The notes below the pieces were generated by a model. The model saw only the letters and a list, made by a program, of their open reading frames with translations, had not been told where the DNA came from and did no database searches. From NCBI GenBank assembly GCA_000934665.2, contig JYFJ02000088.1:1-64000 (forward strand): DNA of 64,000 nt. Reading direction: 5' to 3'. The position numbers and the translations under genes are program-made. Source of the DNA: Catajapyx aquilonaris (lineage: Eukaryota). Positions within the stretch are counted from its first letter, which is position 1; every line of letters begins with the position of its first letter. This document shows positions 1 through 13,800 of the stretch, piece after piece.

Positions 1-453
1 ATCTCAAAACCGCGCAAATGGTATTTTTGAAAGACGTAATTAAAGCGATTCGCCGATTTTCGTCAAAATCTGACAACCCAAGGGTCAATTTTCCTTAACA
101 GCTCGGTGAATTGACATGGAATGACCCTATTATATGATAGTCATTCACTCAACAATAATAATGTAACATTTTGCAGACCTATCAATAGTAGTGCACTATG
201 TCTTTTCCATAATACAGTACATGTACAGTACACTGTCAGTATGACACAGGTTTATGTTGTAGAATAAAGGGAGTTTTTTCAAGGAAGTTTTTCCCTGAAA
301 ATACAGGTAGCCTGAGTTTTTTCCCCAAATAAAATAAACATGTACATAAAAACAAATTTAATACCTTGATTTCCATTGTGCGCGTATATGTGAGTCCATT
401 GTGACTTCTTGTAACATTGCATATAAATTACCAGCACACAATTGTGTATCCAA

Positions 454-3099
454 TCATGACGGCATAAGCAGACTACACAAATCAGATGCCCTCTTCCCGT
501 ACCCCTCAAGCTTGGCAATTCTCGTTCCAAACTGCAGGGCCCTTTTAGGATTCGTAGCGACTGCACAGTTGAGCCCAAGCTGAGTGGCTGCCATCACTCG
601 AAGCAGCATCTTTTCTCCTACTCCCCTGGGCAAAGTGGGAGCCAGCTTGTGCCACAGAGGAATGCCACAAATAGCATTGACCACACCCTCATCCAAGAAG
701 GGGTAACGAGCAGCTCTCCCATGGTCACCAATCACCCGTCCATCTCTGCCCAGATTCCGGTGGGAGATGGCCCTCAGCTGCCTCTCCAGCTCCCCTGCCA
801 ATCCAGTCCAACCCTCCTGAGAATAGCAGTACTTGTGGCTGGAGTAGCCTCCCAGTTGTTCATCTGCACCCATACCTGTCAGCAACACCTACAAAAGAAG
901 TGTAGTAAATCAGATTCTTCCCTACATCATGACACATTGATAATTTTTTTAAGAAGTCTATAATTATTGTAGCCACAGTCGGTTTGGTTCGTTCCCAGTA
1001 CAACAAAGAAACAACTTGATAACTTAATTGATGTGATGATGATGTGCAACAGCTGCTGAAGGCCTGTGCCACCAATATGGTCTTGGGAAAATATTCTTAC
1101 GCTCAATTAATCTTACTTTTCAAGGCATACTTACATGACTAGTTACCCAAACTAATTTTTAGCAAGCAATGTGTGAATGGACTCACCCTGGCTGGAGACG
1201 TATAAGGTGAGCCCTTCTCTTCCCTTCCATCAAAAAGACACCCACTTCCTCTAGATGCAAACCAGAGGGCACAACCAAGACTGTCATCCAAGATGGTGCA
1301 TAAGGGATGCACTAAAGATGCGATCCGCTTCTTTCTCCACAAGTTCAGTTCATTCTTTGTTACGTTGATCTGAAATGTAATAATTGTGTGAAGGGTAACT
1401 AATTTTACTATTTTATGACCAACACTTGGAAAGTGTGTGTCCCTTTCATAACACACACAAGGTATTGCTTAACTTATTGAATGATCTCGCTGCTCTTCCA
1501 TTACTCAGAAGAAAATTATGCTTAACCTTCTTGTTATTTTTTGGTGTTGTAAATGTACCTTCAAAAAAGGTCTCATTAAACGCTAGCATAAGTATCCAGA
1601 TATTACATTCTTACCTCAATAAAATTCCATTTCCTGTGCGGACAGAGACGCCTCAGTTCTGCTACGGAACCCCGACCAGTAAGCCTATCAGGAGCATCAA
1701 AAGTAAAGGTTTTTGGCCCAGGTGCTTGAACAGTTTGCCTCTTCCTCAATCTTTTGGGAATGTTGCACCCACCCTCTGCAACTACCTCCTGCTCAAATGC
1801 AACATTCAGCAAGTCAATTGATTCCTCCTGAGTTACAAACTTGTCAGCTAGCAGTGCCACAATTGTGGAGTCAATCCCACCTGAGAATAAAACAGCAACC
1901 TTTGTGTGTGTAGGGGGACAACTGTTCGGACAGTCTCGGCACAGTCTCGGTTGGCACTCAACACGCTTCCGCACAGCACACTGCATTTTCTCCAGAAGGA
2001 GCAAACAGGAGTCCTTCAGTAAATCTTGCCCTAAGCAAACAATAAAATCCTCTAGTTCCATCTGGTTATGCAGCTCTGTGATGGCAGACACCTCTTCTGG
2101 CACTGGAAGCTGATGGTTTACACTCATCGGCACAGGAGTGGGCATGGATGACTGCACAAACACTGTCCATTGGTCCACTTCCGGTGCTTGATCAATGTGA
2201 CTCCACGGGTACAGATCAATTTTTGCATCCAACATTTGATCCAAACCTACAGCAAACAGTCCTAGTGCTGGAAGCTCTTGGAATGTGACGAGGTCGTCAC
2301 CCTGTGCATGCATTCCCACAGATGACAGAAGTAGAGGAAATGACTCTGAATGAGCCCAAAGAAGGCACTGCCTTCCTAAAAAATCTCGACCAAAATATAG
2401 CCTGTTGTGAGCCTTGCTGAAGTATATCAGTGCCCATGGGCCCAGAACCTTACTTAAAACACCAGTAATTTCTTCATCACTTTCACACCTATCCAAGGCC
2501 TCCTTGATTGCACATGTATCACTTTGGGAAGGATCCACCTGCAGAGGGAGAAATATTTGTTAGATCCAAAGTATGATGGAAATCAAAAATCTTTAAAAAT
2601 ACTGTCAGAAGAACTGGATTAAAACTCTTTGCTTACTTGCAGGCCTCCAAAAACATCCCCATTCCACATCAATACGCTTCCCTCTGCTCCAACGAGAGGT
2701 TGCTTCTGGGCCGATTCACCTTGCAGCCACAGAACATGTCCTGTGCAGAATAAGGAGATCCCAGAAGACAACGGGATTGAGCACCATGAAGTGCAATCTG
2801 GTCCCCTACGATGCAGTGCTTCCTGACACATTAAGTACTACAAAATAAATAAAAAGAAGGTTGGCGAAATCCATTATTGCACACAAAAATGACAAACGCA
2901 TAATTTTTATCGCTGGATTCATAATGAGTGGTTTTCCCTTCAGGGGGTTTAAGCTGCTTTAAGTGAAGCACACTGTTTGACAGTGGCTTTTGTTGTAACC
3001 AAAATGTAGGCATACCTCTGGCGGCAAGCACTCTGCATCTGCACCGCAGCCTCCTTCTCCACATCCTCCGTGCAGGACCATGCAGAATATCCCACACAT
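454..3099 (-). CDS. ASNSD1: Asparagine synthetase domain-containing protein 1 (5 coding exons)
   Basis: Exons 3099-3016 (MCGIF..., Ntn-type Cys2), 2837-2637 (HRRGPD, WNGDVF), 2538-1615 (GPWALIY, GRDFLGR, VLFSGGIDS, APDRLTG), 1369-1187 (LDDSLGCALWFASRG), 888-454 (GMGADEQLGGY, RNLGRDGR, RYPFLDE, KRALQFG). All GT-AG and in frame. Confidence 0.93.
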
Positions 3100-5609
3100 T
3101 CTGCTCCTCCTACTGCTGCATTACACCACCTGAACAAGTCATACAATTAATCACGATTAAAAACAATGCAAGAGACACCAGTCCTCACCTGCACAGCATG
3201 CACCGTGCAGCATGGGCAGCCTAACTAACTGCTAACTGCCTAACTCCTCGCCGGAGAGAAGCCATTCCAGTCTACCGTAAGCAAGTCTACCCGCAGAAGC
3301 CGTTCTTAAACCCCGGAGAGAAGCAATTTCAATCCTGTTACATACAGTACCGTATATGACCAGAAGGCTCCCCATTGCCCCTCTGCGACTATTTAATAGC
3401 CATTTAATATGAGAGGCTTGATGAGGGATCGCCTCCTTTACCGCCAACATACATTTCCCTTTGCCAATTTCCTTTACCACCAATTTCCTTTACCGCCAAT
3501 AATAATACTTTGGTTGTGCTGCCGTTGTGCTAGTGTGAAAGTGCCTCCTTTACAAATGAGTTGATTTTTTAAATATCATGAGTTTATTTATGATGATAGA
3601 GACCATTTCCATTAAAGATAATTACCATGAGAAATGCAAGTAAAAATGAGAGTAGAACTAGTATATTAACAAAATTTACACAATCAATAAGTAGAAATGC
3701 ATGGAAAACTAAATTTATTTACAAAACTTACACAACTAATACATATGGTAACAATTCAGACTTTTGAAAGCTTAATTGCTATATTTATTGCGCTTAACTT
3801 GCTGCAAAGACTTATCTTTACATTGCCTAATATAGAAATGAAGCCGCATAGTACAGTATTTATTTACAAACTTCAATAGCTCGTCGCAGTGCTCATGGCA
3901 ACCTATTCGCACAACCTGAACATGAGACACCACCACTACGAGTATCAGGGCTGTGTCCGGAAGCTGTGACTCCAGTACCACGTCCTTCTTGGCCCTACTG
4001 ACCATCTTAGCCTTGGTTGTGGCTGAGCCCCACTTGTTCGTGGGCCTGCACACATACTCTCCGGTGTCTCTTGCATAGGTGTAGTCAATGTCTAGCACCA
4101 CAAATCCAAAGTCATCCATAGTGTGGACCCGAGATCCCATGGTGAGTGGTTGTCCATTCAGGAACCACTCAATGCGCATGGTTGGGTCGCCTACTGGTTC
4201 CCGGTAATCAAAGTGGGCCACAGCTCCTTCAGTCAAGTCCAGGACATCAGTTAGCTCAGTCACAAATCGAGGCGGGTTGGGCTTCTCCTCTTCGGACATG
4301 ACAATCTCTGCCTTATGCTGAAGGCTCTCCTCCAGCTGTTGAATCTTCTCAGTTCCTGTGTGGAAGTTCATCGGCAGCTGGGGCTCCAAGACAATTCGCT
4401 GATGGCGACTCTTCACTGTCAAAGTGCAGTTCACAGTTGCCTCTCCATGCCTGTTTGTAGCCTGTAGAAATTTTTTACCAATTAGAAAAATCTCACAGAG
4501 TGACATTGATAGCTTCATACCTTGCACATGTAAAGTCCCGCATCTCTCTGATAGACTCCTCCCAGCTCAAGAATGACAAACCCAGAGTCTTGATCCTGGA
4601 TCCAGAGAGAAGTGGCTTCCCATTATGGAACCATTCAGCATGCATGCTGGGATCATTCACTGGGGTCAGACGACATTCAAAGTGGGCCAGGGAGTTTTCT
4701 GGCTCAGAAAGGTCAGCTGGGGTCGTGATGGACTCAGGAGGCTTTCCAGTGTCATCTTCCAGTGGCATATCGGGATGGCGGTCTATGCCCAGACCCTCCA
4801 GCTCTCCGATCTACTCCATTGTTTTCGACATGCCTTTCGGAAGCTGTGATTCCAGGATGATGCCCCTCTTGCCTGAAAAAGTAACATTGCACATTTAAAT
4901 TCTAGTTGCAACCAAAGAGCGGAAAATGCGGTAAAAGACACAGACCTTGGCATTTCAGATGTGATGGCTTCTCCATACTCGTTGCTCGCACGACACTCAT
5001 ATGTTCCTGCATCCTCTGGATACACGGTGGCCATCTACAGGATGACGAACCCAAAGTCATGGACGGTCCTGATGCTCGACCCTGTCTTGAGAGGCCGTCC
5101 GTTCCAGAACCACTCAACCTTCAACTGTGGATAGTCAGTAGGTCTCAGCCTAGCCTCGAAGTGAGCATTCTCTCCTTCCTTCCAGTTGTCCATGTTGCTG
5201 AGCAGAACCACAAAGACTGGAGCTTGTTTCTTCTCCTCAGTGACCTCCTGTCGCTGCCTGTACATGGCCTCAAGGGTCTGGATCTTCTCAAGCTCTCCAT
5301 GTCTCTCGGAAGCTGGGATCCAAGATTAAGCTAGCCTTCGATGCGCATTTCAGGTTGCCCCTGGTGCTGTCTTTGCCTACTTTGTTGTAAGCATGGCATT
5401 CACACAAGCCAGAATCCTCCTCGTAGCAGTCGAGAATATCCAGAATGACAATTCCAAAGTCATGGAAGGTCCTGAACTTGTGTCTATGTCGGAGGCGCTT
5501 TCCCTTAAAGTACCACTCCTCCACAAGCAGAGGATCATTAACTGGGATAAGGCGTGCTTCAAAGCGAGTGCTCTGGCCCTCCTTGAGCTGCATAATGTCC
5601 TGGAACTGA

Positions 5610-6081
5610 CAAGGGAACGGTCAGGGTCGACCACCTCCGATTTGGTTGAAACTGGCTTGAGGGGTCATTCATGTGCGATAGATACAGTGGTGAAAGTGTT
5701 AGCTCGCACTATCCAGCCGTTTCCGAGATATGAGCGACAATTATATCCGAATTTTGGCTGCGAGCATTTGCCGGGAGCCGCTCTGCCAGCTCCAAATCCC
5801 TTCTACCTTGATTCCCCCCACGAAAATGTTGGTCTGGGAGTGGGTGGTGGTGGTGTGGGATCGAAAAAAGTGGGGGGAATCAAGGTAGAAGGGATTTGGA
5901 GCTGGCAGAGCGGCTCCCGGCAAATGCGCGCGGCCAAAATTCGGATGTTACTGTCCCTCATATCTCGGAAACGGCTGGACAGTGCGAGCTAACACTTTCA
6001 CCACTGTGTCTATCGCACATGAATGACCCCTCAAGCCAGTTTCAACCAAATCGGAGGTGGTCGACCCTGACTGTTCCCTTG
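5610..6081. mobile_element. Foldback MITE, ~210 bp terminal inverted repeats, 3-bp TSD (TGA)
   Basis: 5610-5820 is the near-perfect reverse complement of 5871-6081 (CAAGGGAAC...GTTCCCTTG). TGA duplicated at 5607-5609 and 6082-6084. Removing it restores ...PPKFITQFQD... in the sls fragment. Confidence 0.92.
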
Positions 6082-6668
6082 TGAGTGATGAACTTTGGAG
6101 GCTCCATGGCAGTCGGAGTGGTTGGTACCTGTGACTGGAACTGGGCACCTTCCAGCTCACGGATTCGTGCCAGGGCATCGGGCTGAAGAGTGTCAAGGTA
6201 CAGCCGACAGCCCACTCTTGCAGCTCTTGCGGTGGATGGTTGCTGTATTATGATCTTCACCACGTCTGTAGGTAGAAGACATCCAATGCATGAGATCCTG
6301 ATACTGTGCGCAAAACAAATGAAGTGAATAACTGAATCCCTTACTTGTTGCTAGCTCTGCAGATGTACTCCCCGGAATCGTGGGCTTGCACAGACGAGAT
6401 GTCCATTACCACAAACTCAAAGTCCGAGACCATCTTGATCCTGGATGAATGCCTGAGTGGGACTCCGTTGTGGAACCACTCGACCTTCATGTGTGGGTCA
6501 CCCGCAGGGATCAGCGTGCACTTGAAGTGAGCCACCTCGCTCTCGTTAAGGTCGATATTCTAAACCTTGGTGGTGAACCGAGGCTTCTGACCCTTGGCCT
6601 TGTCGACGCACTCCAGGGTCACACTGATCTTCCTCCTTGCCCCATTTGTTGGTCACTTTGCATGTGTA

Positions 6669-6881
6669 CAGTCGGCGAAAGGAGTATGTTACCAGACCCC
6701 TAACCTAGAAATTAGCCTCCAACATAGGTGCTGCCTAGGGGAGTGAGATTTATTGTATCAGGGGGAAGAACAGAGGTGCTGCTTCCCCCTAATACAATAA
6801 ATCTCACTCCCCTAGGCAGCACCTCTGTTGGAGGCTAATTTCTAGGTTAGGGGTCTGATAACATACTCCTTTCGCCGACTG
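6669..6881. mobile_element. Tc1/mariner-type foldback MITE
   Basis: CAGTCGGCG...CGCCGACTG termini, ~100 bp arms, TA duplication at 6667-6668 and 6882-6883. Splits the Tyr codon of DSGLYTC. Confidence 0.92.
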
Positions 6882-7886
6882 TACAGGCCAGAGTCCTCAC
6901 TCTTGGTGCTCAGGATCTCCAGGAAGACCATGCCAAATGCGTACACAGTACGGGTCCCATGACCTATATTAAATAGATGTCTTGTTGTCCAAACATGCAC
7001 TCCTCGTACGTGTGGGTGGTGCTAGAATTATGCATCTACGATCGTATAATATTAAAATCGCCGTGGATATACTATATTGGTCAAAGTCAAGTTGACCACT
7101 GTCCAATAACGGATTTGATCTTTCAGTCAAAAACACGATAATGAGCTACACCGAAATAAAAAAATCAGCTTAAAGTTTATATCTTTAATGGACCTTTGAA
7201 ATTACAAGTAATGACAAAATACGAGAACAAAGGGTAAAGGGAAAATGAGGGGTGTTTGTGAGACATCCAAGCTCTTGCAAACATTGGAGGCAGACGGCGT
7301 TATCACTCATTACATATATAAAGTGTGTGAAGAAAATAGTTGGAATGGCAAAAAAATACTCAAGAATAAACATTCTGGAAACACCTGACTGATTAACAGT
7401 AGATAAGAGGCTATTATGGCAATATTCAACAATCACATTCCATGAGGCACATTGTGGAAGCAGACATTGCTGATTTTTTCGCTTTTTTCTCTCTCTCCCT
7501 CTCTCTCTCTCTCGTTTTACCTTAAAGGAAGGAAGGAACGGGAGAGGTGACAAGCTAGTAACATTACGTCAAGGCAACCAATGCTTCACCTCTCCCTTGA
7601 AAACAATTGCTAAGCTACATAGTAACTCCCCCACGCACGTGGGGAAGCATCCGTCTCTTTTTTATCTTTTTTATACAGTACAACATTTCTTTCTTACTAT
7701 CTACAAGAAAAGAAACTAAAATTTTCCTCTTATGTACCTGGTTCTTACTGACAGTGATAAAGTGGAGAAAATAAAAAGTTTTTTGGTTGTCTCCGTGATT
7801 TTTGTGTCCCAAAAAATCTGGGTGCAGGGATGAAAATTAAGTCTCCTGGTTCCTTTGCTTTGGCTCATGTTTTCTTTTCAAGAGGT

Positions 7887-10800
7887 TCAGATGGGGACCT
7901 CGGTGGGGATGGACGTGGTGTACGTTGGTGTCTCCAGCTCCTCGTGCTTCTTCATTTTCACTCCCTGAAAGCAGAACGTATGAAATTGTTGGCAGTGAAA
8001 TAATAATTGTTCCTAAACATTAGTGAAAAAGTCTGCACTGAGGAATGACGGTTATAGAGATGTGCAAGACCAGAGTAAAGGTAGTCGAACAGTGACACAT
8101 AGCCCACGCTCACCTGCTGGAGCTTGTAGTGGTTGATAATGTCCTGGTCCGCAGGGCAACTCTGGGTGAAGGCGTCCAGGTGATACATGTTGTACATGTA
8201 CTTCCACAGATTGGACATATCGGAGGGAATCTCAAAGTCCAGGAAGAATTTCCCTGCAACATTCATAAGAGTCCGGTAATGCATGGCGTAACTTCAAATT
8301 AAGTACCACTCTATAATAAGAACCATGACATTTACTTGAGCATTAAAATGTTCCAATATTGCATATCTGCAGGTTTTACTGCACAAAACCCCTGACCACA
8401 TTCCAAACATTGAATAAGCATCTGCACAGCCATGTGGCATTAGTACAATTCTTCTAATGTGACAGCTACTGACTTCTTTCACTACCCAGATTGAATTACC
8501 AGACAAAAAGAAAAACTTCCAGGGCAAGAAACCTTTCTAGCAGAAGTAATGTTAGTCTTGTCACTATATCTTTATTAATCAAGAGCTCCATTTACCTGCC
8601 ACCCTGATGTGCTGCAGACGTGGCATTAGCTCACAGTCAAAGCAGCACATGGTGTCGCCGGTGAGAAATCGGGTGTCTTTCTTGCCCATGTGGTCATCAA
8701 TTTTGCGCAGCTGGGCCAGGAGGCTGTTCTTGGAAGCTTCGTCCTTCTTCAGGAGCATCAGCTTGAATTTCTACAACACACATGCCAGTTAGTAATATAT
8801 ATGACAGGAAGGCGAAAAGGGCAGCGGCAAAAACTTACGCTGTACACGTTTTCAATGAGGGAGGCGACTTCTTTGTCCTGAACAAAGAGGTTGTGTCCAC
8901 CAGGGATATTCTTCATGATGTGACGTTCAATCTTGTCATTCTCCAGAACCGCCAGCCCATTGTCGATCAGAATGGGTGGCGGTGTTGCCTCAAAGTTTGA
9001 CCTGTCAAAAATATGAATAATGTCAGTGCATCTTCACACACATGCTTCAACACTACATTGAGATTAATTTGAGAACAACTGATCCAGACTGCTTAGTTCG
9101 CACTCCTTTATTCCCCCTTAAAATTTTCCATTCACACTAATCTTACTACGAGCACATCACACTTAAGTTGTGAGGCCTGAAATTTGCCTTTGTGAGACAC
9201 AAGTTGCAACAATCTTGATGTTGCAATACAGATTTTTCACATGCTAAGGTTATTTCCGTGGACAATGGACCTAATGCGGGGTATCATTGCCATTATGCAA
9301 CCCACTTAGGCACATGCATACCTTTCAATATGTGGCTGGAACAAGCGCGAAGAAATTCAACCCTGTCAAAATCTCTTCCCCACCCCCTGTTATCAAAGCT
9401 GCTACTAGTTATCCTTCAATTTAGAATGTTTATAATTTGACATATGCCAAACAGCATCTCCCTTATAATTCATTCATCTGGAATTAGGTAAATGCCAAGG
9501 TATGTTATGGAAGGTCAAGGCATAAGCCTAGGAGAACGACAAACAAACTGAAAATACTGCATTAGAAGGTGAATATATCTAATTTTTAACATTTTCTAAC
9601 ATGCAAGGCACAGGCAAACAAATACGATTTAAATGATGGGACAAAAACTAAATGTTAAGTTATTTTTAAGTACACGCAGAGCCCTCAAAGTGAAGTTTGT
9701 GCATGTACCGTCCCACTCGGTCCAACTGATAAGTATCAACTTCGGTTTTTCCTGGCACCCTACAATACAAACTTTCAGTTTTCATTGTTGTTTAGGGAAA
9801 TTCTAAAGATGACTTTCTTTTTGTAGCATTGCCAATTTAGGGAATGAATGACACTTCTGCTGGCCTACTTATCAATATTCTCCTTACAGTTCCCTTCTCC
9901 ATGGCATAGTTTTCCCCACCCCTACATATGAAGATCTTTCTAAATATGGTGTAGTACCTATTGGGATCTCGTTAGAAATTTCCATCGACTGCACTAGACC
10001 TAGTAGCATGCTTCCTCATCTCATGCCCTGCTCGATGATGGAAGCCTCCACTTATGCACTGTCCATACACAAGTTGTACAAGAGAAACACGCTTCGGTTG
10101 AGCAATCCATGTAGCTGTACACTCCACTTTCTGGGAACAGTTCCCATCACTACCAAAATAGCCATGGGGCACCTCACTCAATGCCACAGCAAGTCACAGA
10201 TGTGTAGCCACATGACCTGCTGTGCAAATAATTTTAAAAGCTCTCTTGGTACAGCAGGAGGATGCTCCACTTAAGAGCGCAAACCACAAAGTTTCAATAC
10301 AGCTCTCCAGCAGCCCTCATTTTTGTGTACTAACTGCTAGATAATTGATACCATAAATTGTTATTGTTACATATTACTTCTTTCCACAGTATATTCCTTT
10401 CACACTGTTTCTTAATCATCATCATCGTCTTCACAACACTCTCCTATAAATGGAGAATTCAACAATGGAGTCGCACATTAATGGAAATATAAGGGTCAAT
10501 GACATTCCACACGAATAGGTAACAAGACTTGCAGTATGATTGGACTATTTTTTACTTGAGTGAAGCCTATACATAATGGAGATATTTGTCTAATGCACAA
10601 TGTTGTTCCTGCAGATAATTTTCAATGTACATTTGTCACATAATTACAGAGTTTCACTGTGTTACATTTTTGCATTTTATACACAGGTCTCTCGTACAAG
10701 TGAATGTTAATGTGGAACGATTCGGTTATTCTTATTCTGGCTTGTTCTTACATCTTTCTGTGCTACGCATGCACTGTGCGATTAAAGCATTTCCCCATGC

Positions 10801-13800
10801 ACTATCTCCCTCCTAATAAAAGCAAAGAAAATCCCAAGTAGTCTTACTCATGCTCAACCGTTCACTTGCAAAACCCTCTTAACTTATTAGTAGGCAGGTG
10901 CATGAGAGAAGGATCTACAAAAGGCTTGAATACCTGAAGTCTGGGGGTGGTTTTTGCATATCCACTGTGGTGACTTTTAGGCTGATGGTCTTCAGTTCTG
11001 CCAAGAGGTACAGGTCCATGAAGTACTCCTGGCAGAAGAGGCAGGCACCCTTTCGCCGTCCATCAATGGTTGAGGCCTGAAACAAAAACAAAAGAACCAA
11101 TGCGTTAGAACAGAAGTGACAAAAACATCATTTGGAAAGCTCAGGATGAGTAATCATCCTTGATATAAATCCATTATACAAATATCATGCTTCGCTGATT
11201 CCCAGTGGCGTGGGTAAAAAAACAAGACTGACGTTGCATTTTACACTGTTACAGACAACAGTTTTGAGGTGATATAGCCTATGACCTAAATTATATTACT
11301 CCCAGATATCCACTTGCGTGGATAATCTCCACAAGGTAATAAGAATGATGAAGCATTACCTTTGCAAATTCTGGATAAAAATAGGCAAGTTTTTTTAACA
11401 CTTCAATTTCAATAGTGCGTAACTTCAAAGCTTGGGCATTATGTACATCCTTACCAATGCCACTATAATTGTCAATTTGAAAATAAGTTACCTTGGAACA
11501 ATCAACATGTAAATTATGCACAAGGTATAATCAACCGTCATTAACAGTCAACATAATAAATTCATCTCTGTAATCATGACCATATGAAAGTAGTCATTAC
11601 TTCACTTTATTTTCTTTGTGACCCACATTTCACAGGCACGAATTGCCTGAAATTAATGAATCTAGATGTATCAAACACAGACTAACACAAACTTTCAGGC
11701 AACTTCGTGTCTCATGTTTCATGAAACGGCTCAAGACTGTTTGAAAAGAGCAAAATCCAAAAAATGTAATAACACCCAATTAGGTCATTTCTCCTGCACG
11801 TGAAAAAAAAAGATTCGGATAGAACCACCAATATTCCAACATAGGAAAAGGGCAAATTCATCACTGTAAAATTCTCTCTTGATGAATTTGCTTAAAAACC
11901 AATCATTTTTCCACAAAATCATGCAATGAATTTTAGGCAGTACTGCTAATCAATTACAGCATAAAATCAACTATTGCGCTTTCCCGGCCATGTCATGAGA
12001 CAGTCATGTCGTACTACATTCATCCTGCAACTTTGTGAAGCAAAGTGAAGGGTCAAACCCCACATTTTTTCAGCCCACAGTAGTCACCTAACGCATGGCA
12101 ATGAAAGTAGCCTTCACGTAGCCATTCAAACATCTCTGACCCCAAAAGGCCCATCTGGTAGCATTAGGCTCCATTAGGCCAGCCGCAGGAAATCTCCAGT
12201 CGCCTGCAATTGCTTGCTCTGAGAAAAAGAATTGCACGAGAAGACAAACACAATGTGGGATGACCTTCCTCACAATCCCAGCCTTCATGTGCAATATCTC
12301 CTGAGATACGATCCATGATGGAACAAGAAAAAAAAGGGAGATGAAGTCGGCATCAAGTGCAAGAATGTGACTTGTAATAATTTCAATTGTGCCCCATCCG
12401 AGTGAAAAGAGTGCAACTCAGCCTACACTTTTAATTTCCTGTAAGCACAGGATATCCTGCTATTTAAACACTTTAAGGCTCCTTAACCTCTTATATCCAG
12501 TACGCAATAATTGCTCCACGGTTGTAACATTTATTGTTATCAGCTGTGTTTACTTCATACGCCATCCAGTGAATGTTCCCATAGCGTTGTGACTTGTGAC
12601 AATGACCTTCCTAAGCCGTGATGTAATAAGGTTAGGGCACTCCTGCACAATTCTGTCACTGTCGCACTCACTCATTGTATGGAAAAGGTTGACACACATA
12701 CATAAAAATTGCATAAAAACTAGCAGGCATGCGAATACCAATGACCTAAGCGCAGTGACAGCTCTCAAGGTCCGACCTGGTCCGATATAGGTCATTCAAG
12801 ACATGACAACCAGGCGTCCCCACCTACGCATTCCCATACTGCCAGACACTGGCATTGCAACTGCACGCTTCCCAATTGGAACCAAGGCTCTACACATGGC
12901 CTCTAACCTGGCTATTGGACCTTCCTCAAATGCAAGGACACCTTTTTCCAACAACATATCCAATCTGTGGTGGTACCCATCTTTCCATGATGATACTCTC
13001 CACATACTATTATCCCTACAGGTGTGCCCTGCAACTGAAATCACGGTTCTGCCCTTTATGCAAAGAGGCGTAGGCCTGTAACCCTCCTACGCCAAGGGTC
13101 GAGAATCACCACCTGAAAATAAAACACCGCCATGAAGCATTAGGGTCAAAGTGCGCCCAGAATTTTTTTTAGCCCCCTGTTATTTCACTTGGGAATCCTT
13201 CAACAATGACACCCCTTTCTCTTGCTTCAGGCATGGGAAAATATCAACCGATTTACGTCATTTATTACATTACAGGAACCTGTTACAGCACTGGAGCTAC
13301 CAGGGGGGCAGATTATCACTTCCCAGCTTAGTGGCTGTAAATCGTGCAAAAACTTAATTTTAATTACCAGCTATCATATCAGTGTTCAAGAAAAAGATTT
13401 TCGCCCACAGATATCCTCCTAATTGCCAGCTCATCCTACGTGATGCCCTTAGGTGAAATATAACTACGCCATACCCTGCAAACAAAAAAAAACCCGACCC
13501 CGTTTCCCATATGGGCCTCATCTGGTTCCTTTCAAGCACAAGGTGGTAAAAACCATTAGTTCATACACTCCCCCACAAGAGGGCGCCACCCCCGGATATT
13601 CCAGATCATCCCACAACGCGGCTCCACTGTCAGGTCACTCCCAAAATTTCACGCACCTTATTCAATATTTCCAAAGACACACGTGCATACTAATCTAAAA
13701 ACCCACACTTTATGCTAGGTCAGGCTTTGACTTTGTCTTGTCGGAAAAAAGGCATCCTGGCCCGCACTAATCAGATGACTCACCCTGTAGCTTCTAGTTT

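Larger units (their letters stand above)
3960..6963 (-). pseudogene. sls: Sallimus/kettin (titin-like) Ig-repeat fragment, disabled
   Basis: Several I-set Ig repeats with kettin-type linkers (PPRFVTEL..EGAVAHF, EWFHNG, DFGFVVLDI, DSGLY.C.A.NK.G, LEPQLP). Frameshifts near 4580 and 5320, a lost codon (FDYREP), retained introns (4462-4520, 4873-4945, ~6266-6344) and two MITE insertions in coding sequence. No start codon found. Confidence 0.85.

Noticed and set aside
1..102. TTTCCTTAACAG resembling a U12 branch site and acceptor, or the right end of a TTAA-target transposon
   Set aside because: The partner end lies outside the window and no exon follows, so neither reading can be supported.
3425..3555. 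Short repeats (CCTTTACCRCCAAT) upstream of ASNSD1
   Set aside because: Only 3-4 degenerate copies with no termini or TSD; cannot be classified.
5393..6196. ORFs of 199 aa and 82 aa sharing the same peptide on opposite strands
   Set aside because: Artefact of the palindromic MITE; no transposase motifs.
12550..13111. GC-richer patch with short ORFs inside Clic intron 1
   Set aside because: No recognisable domain or consistent exon structure.
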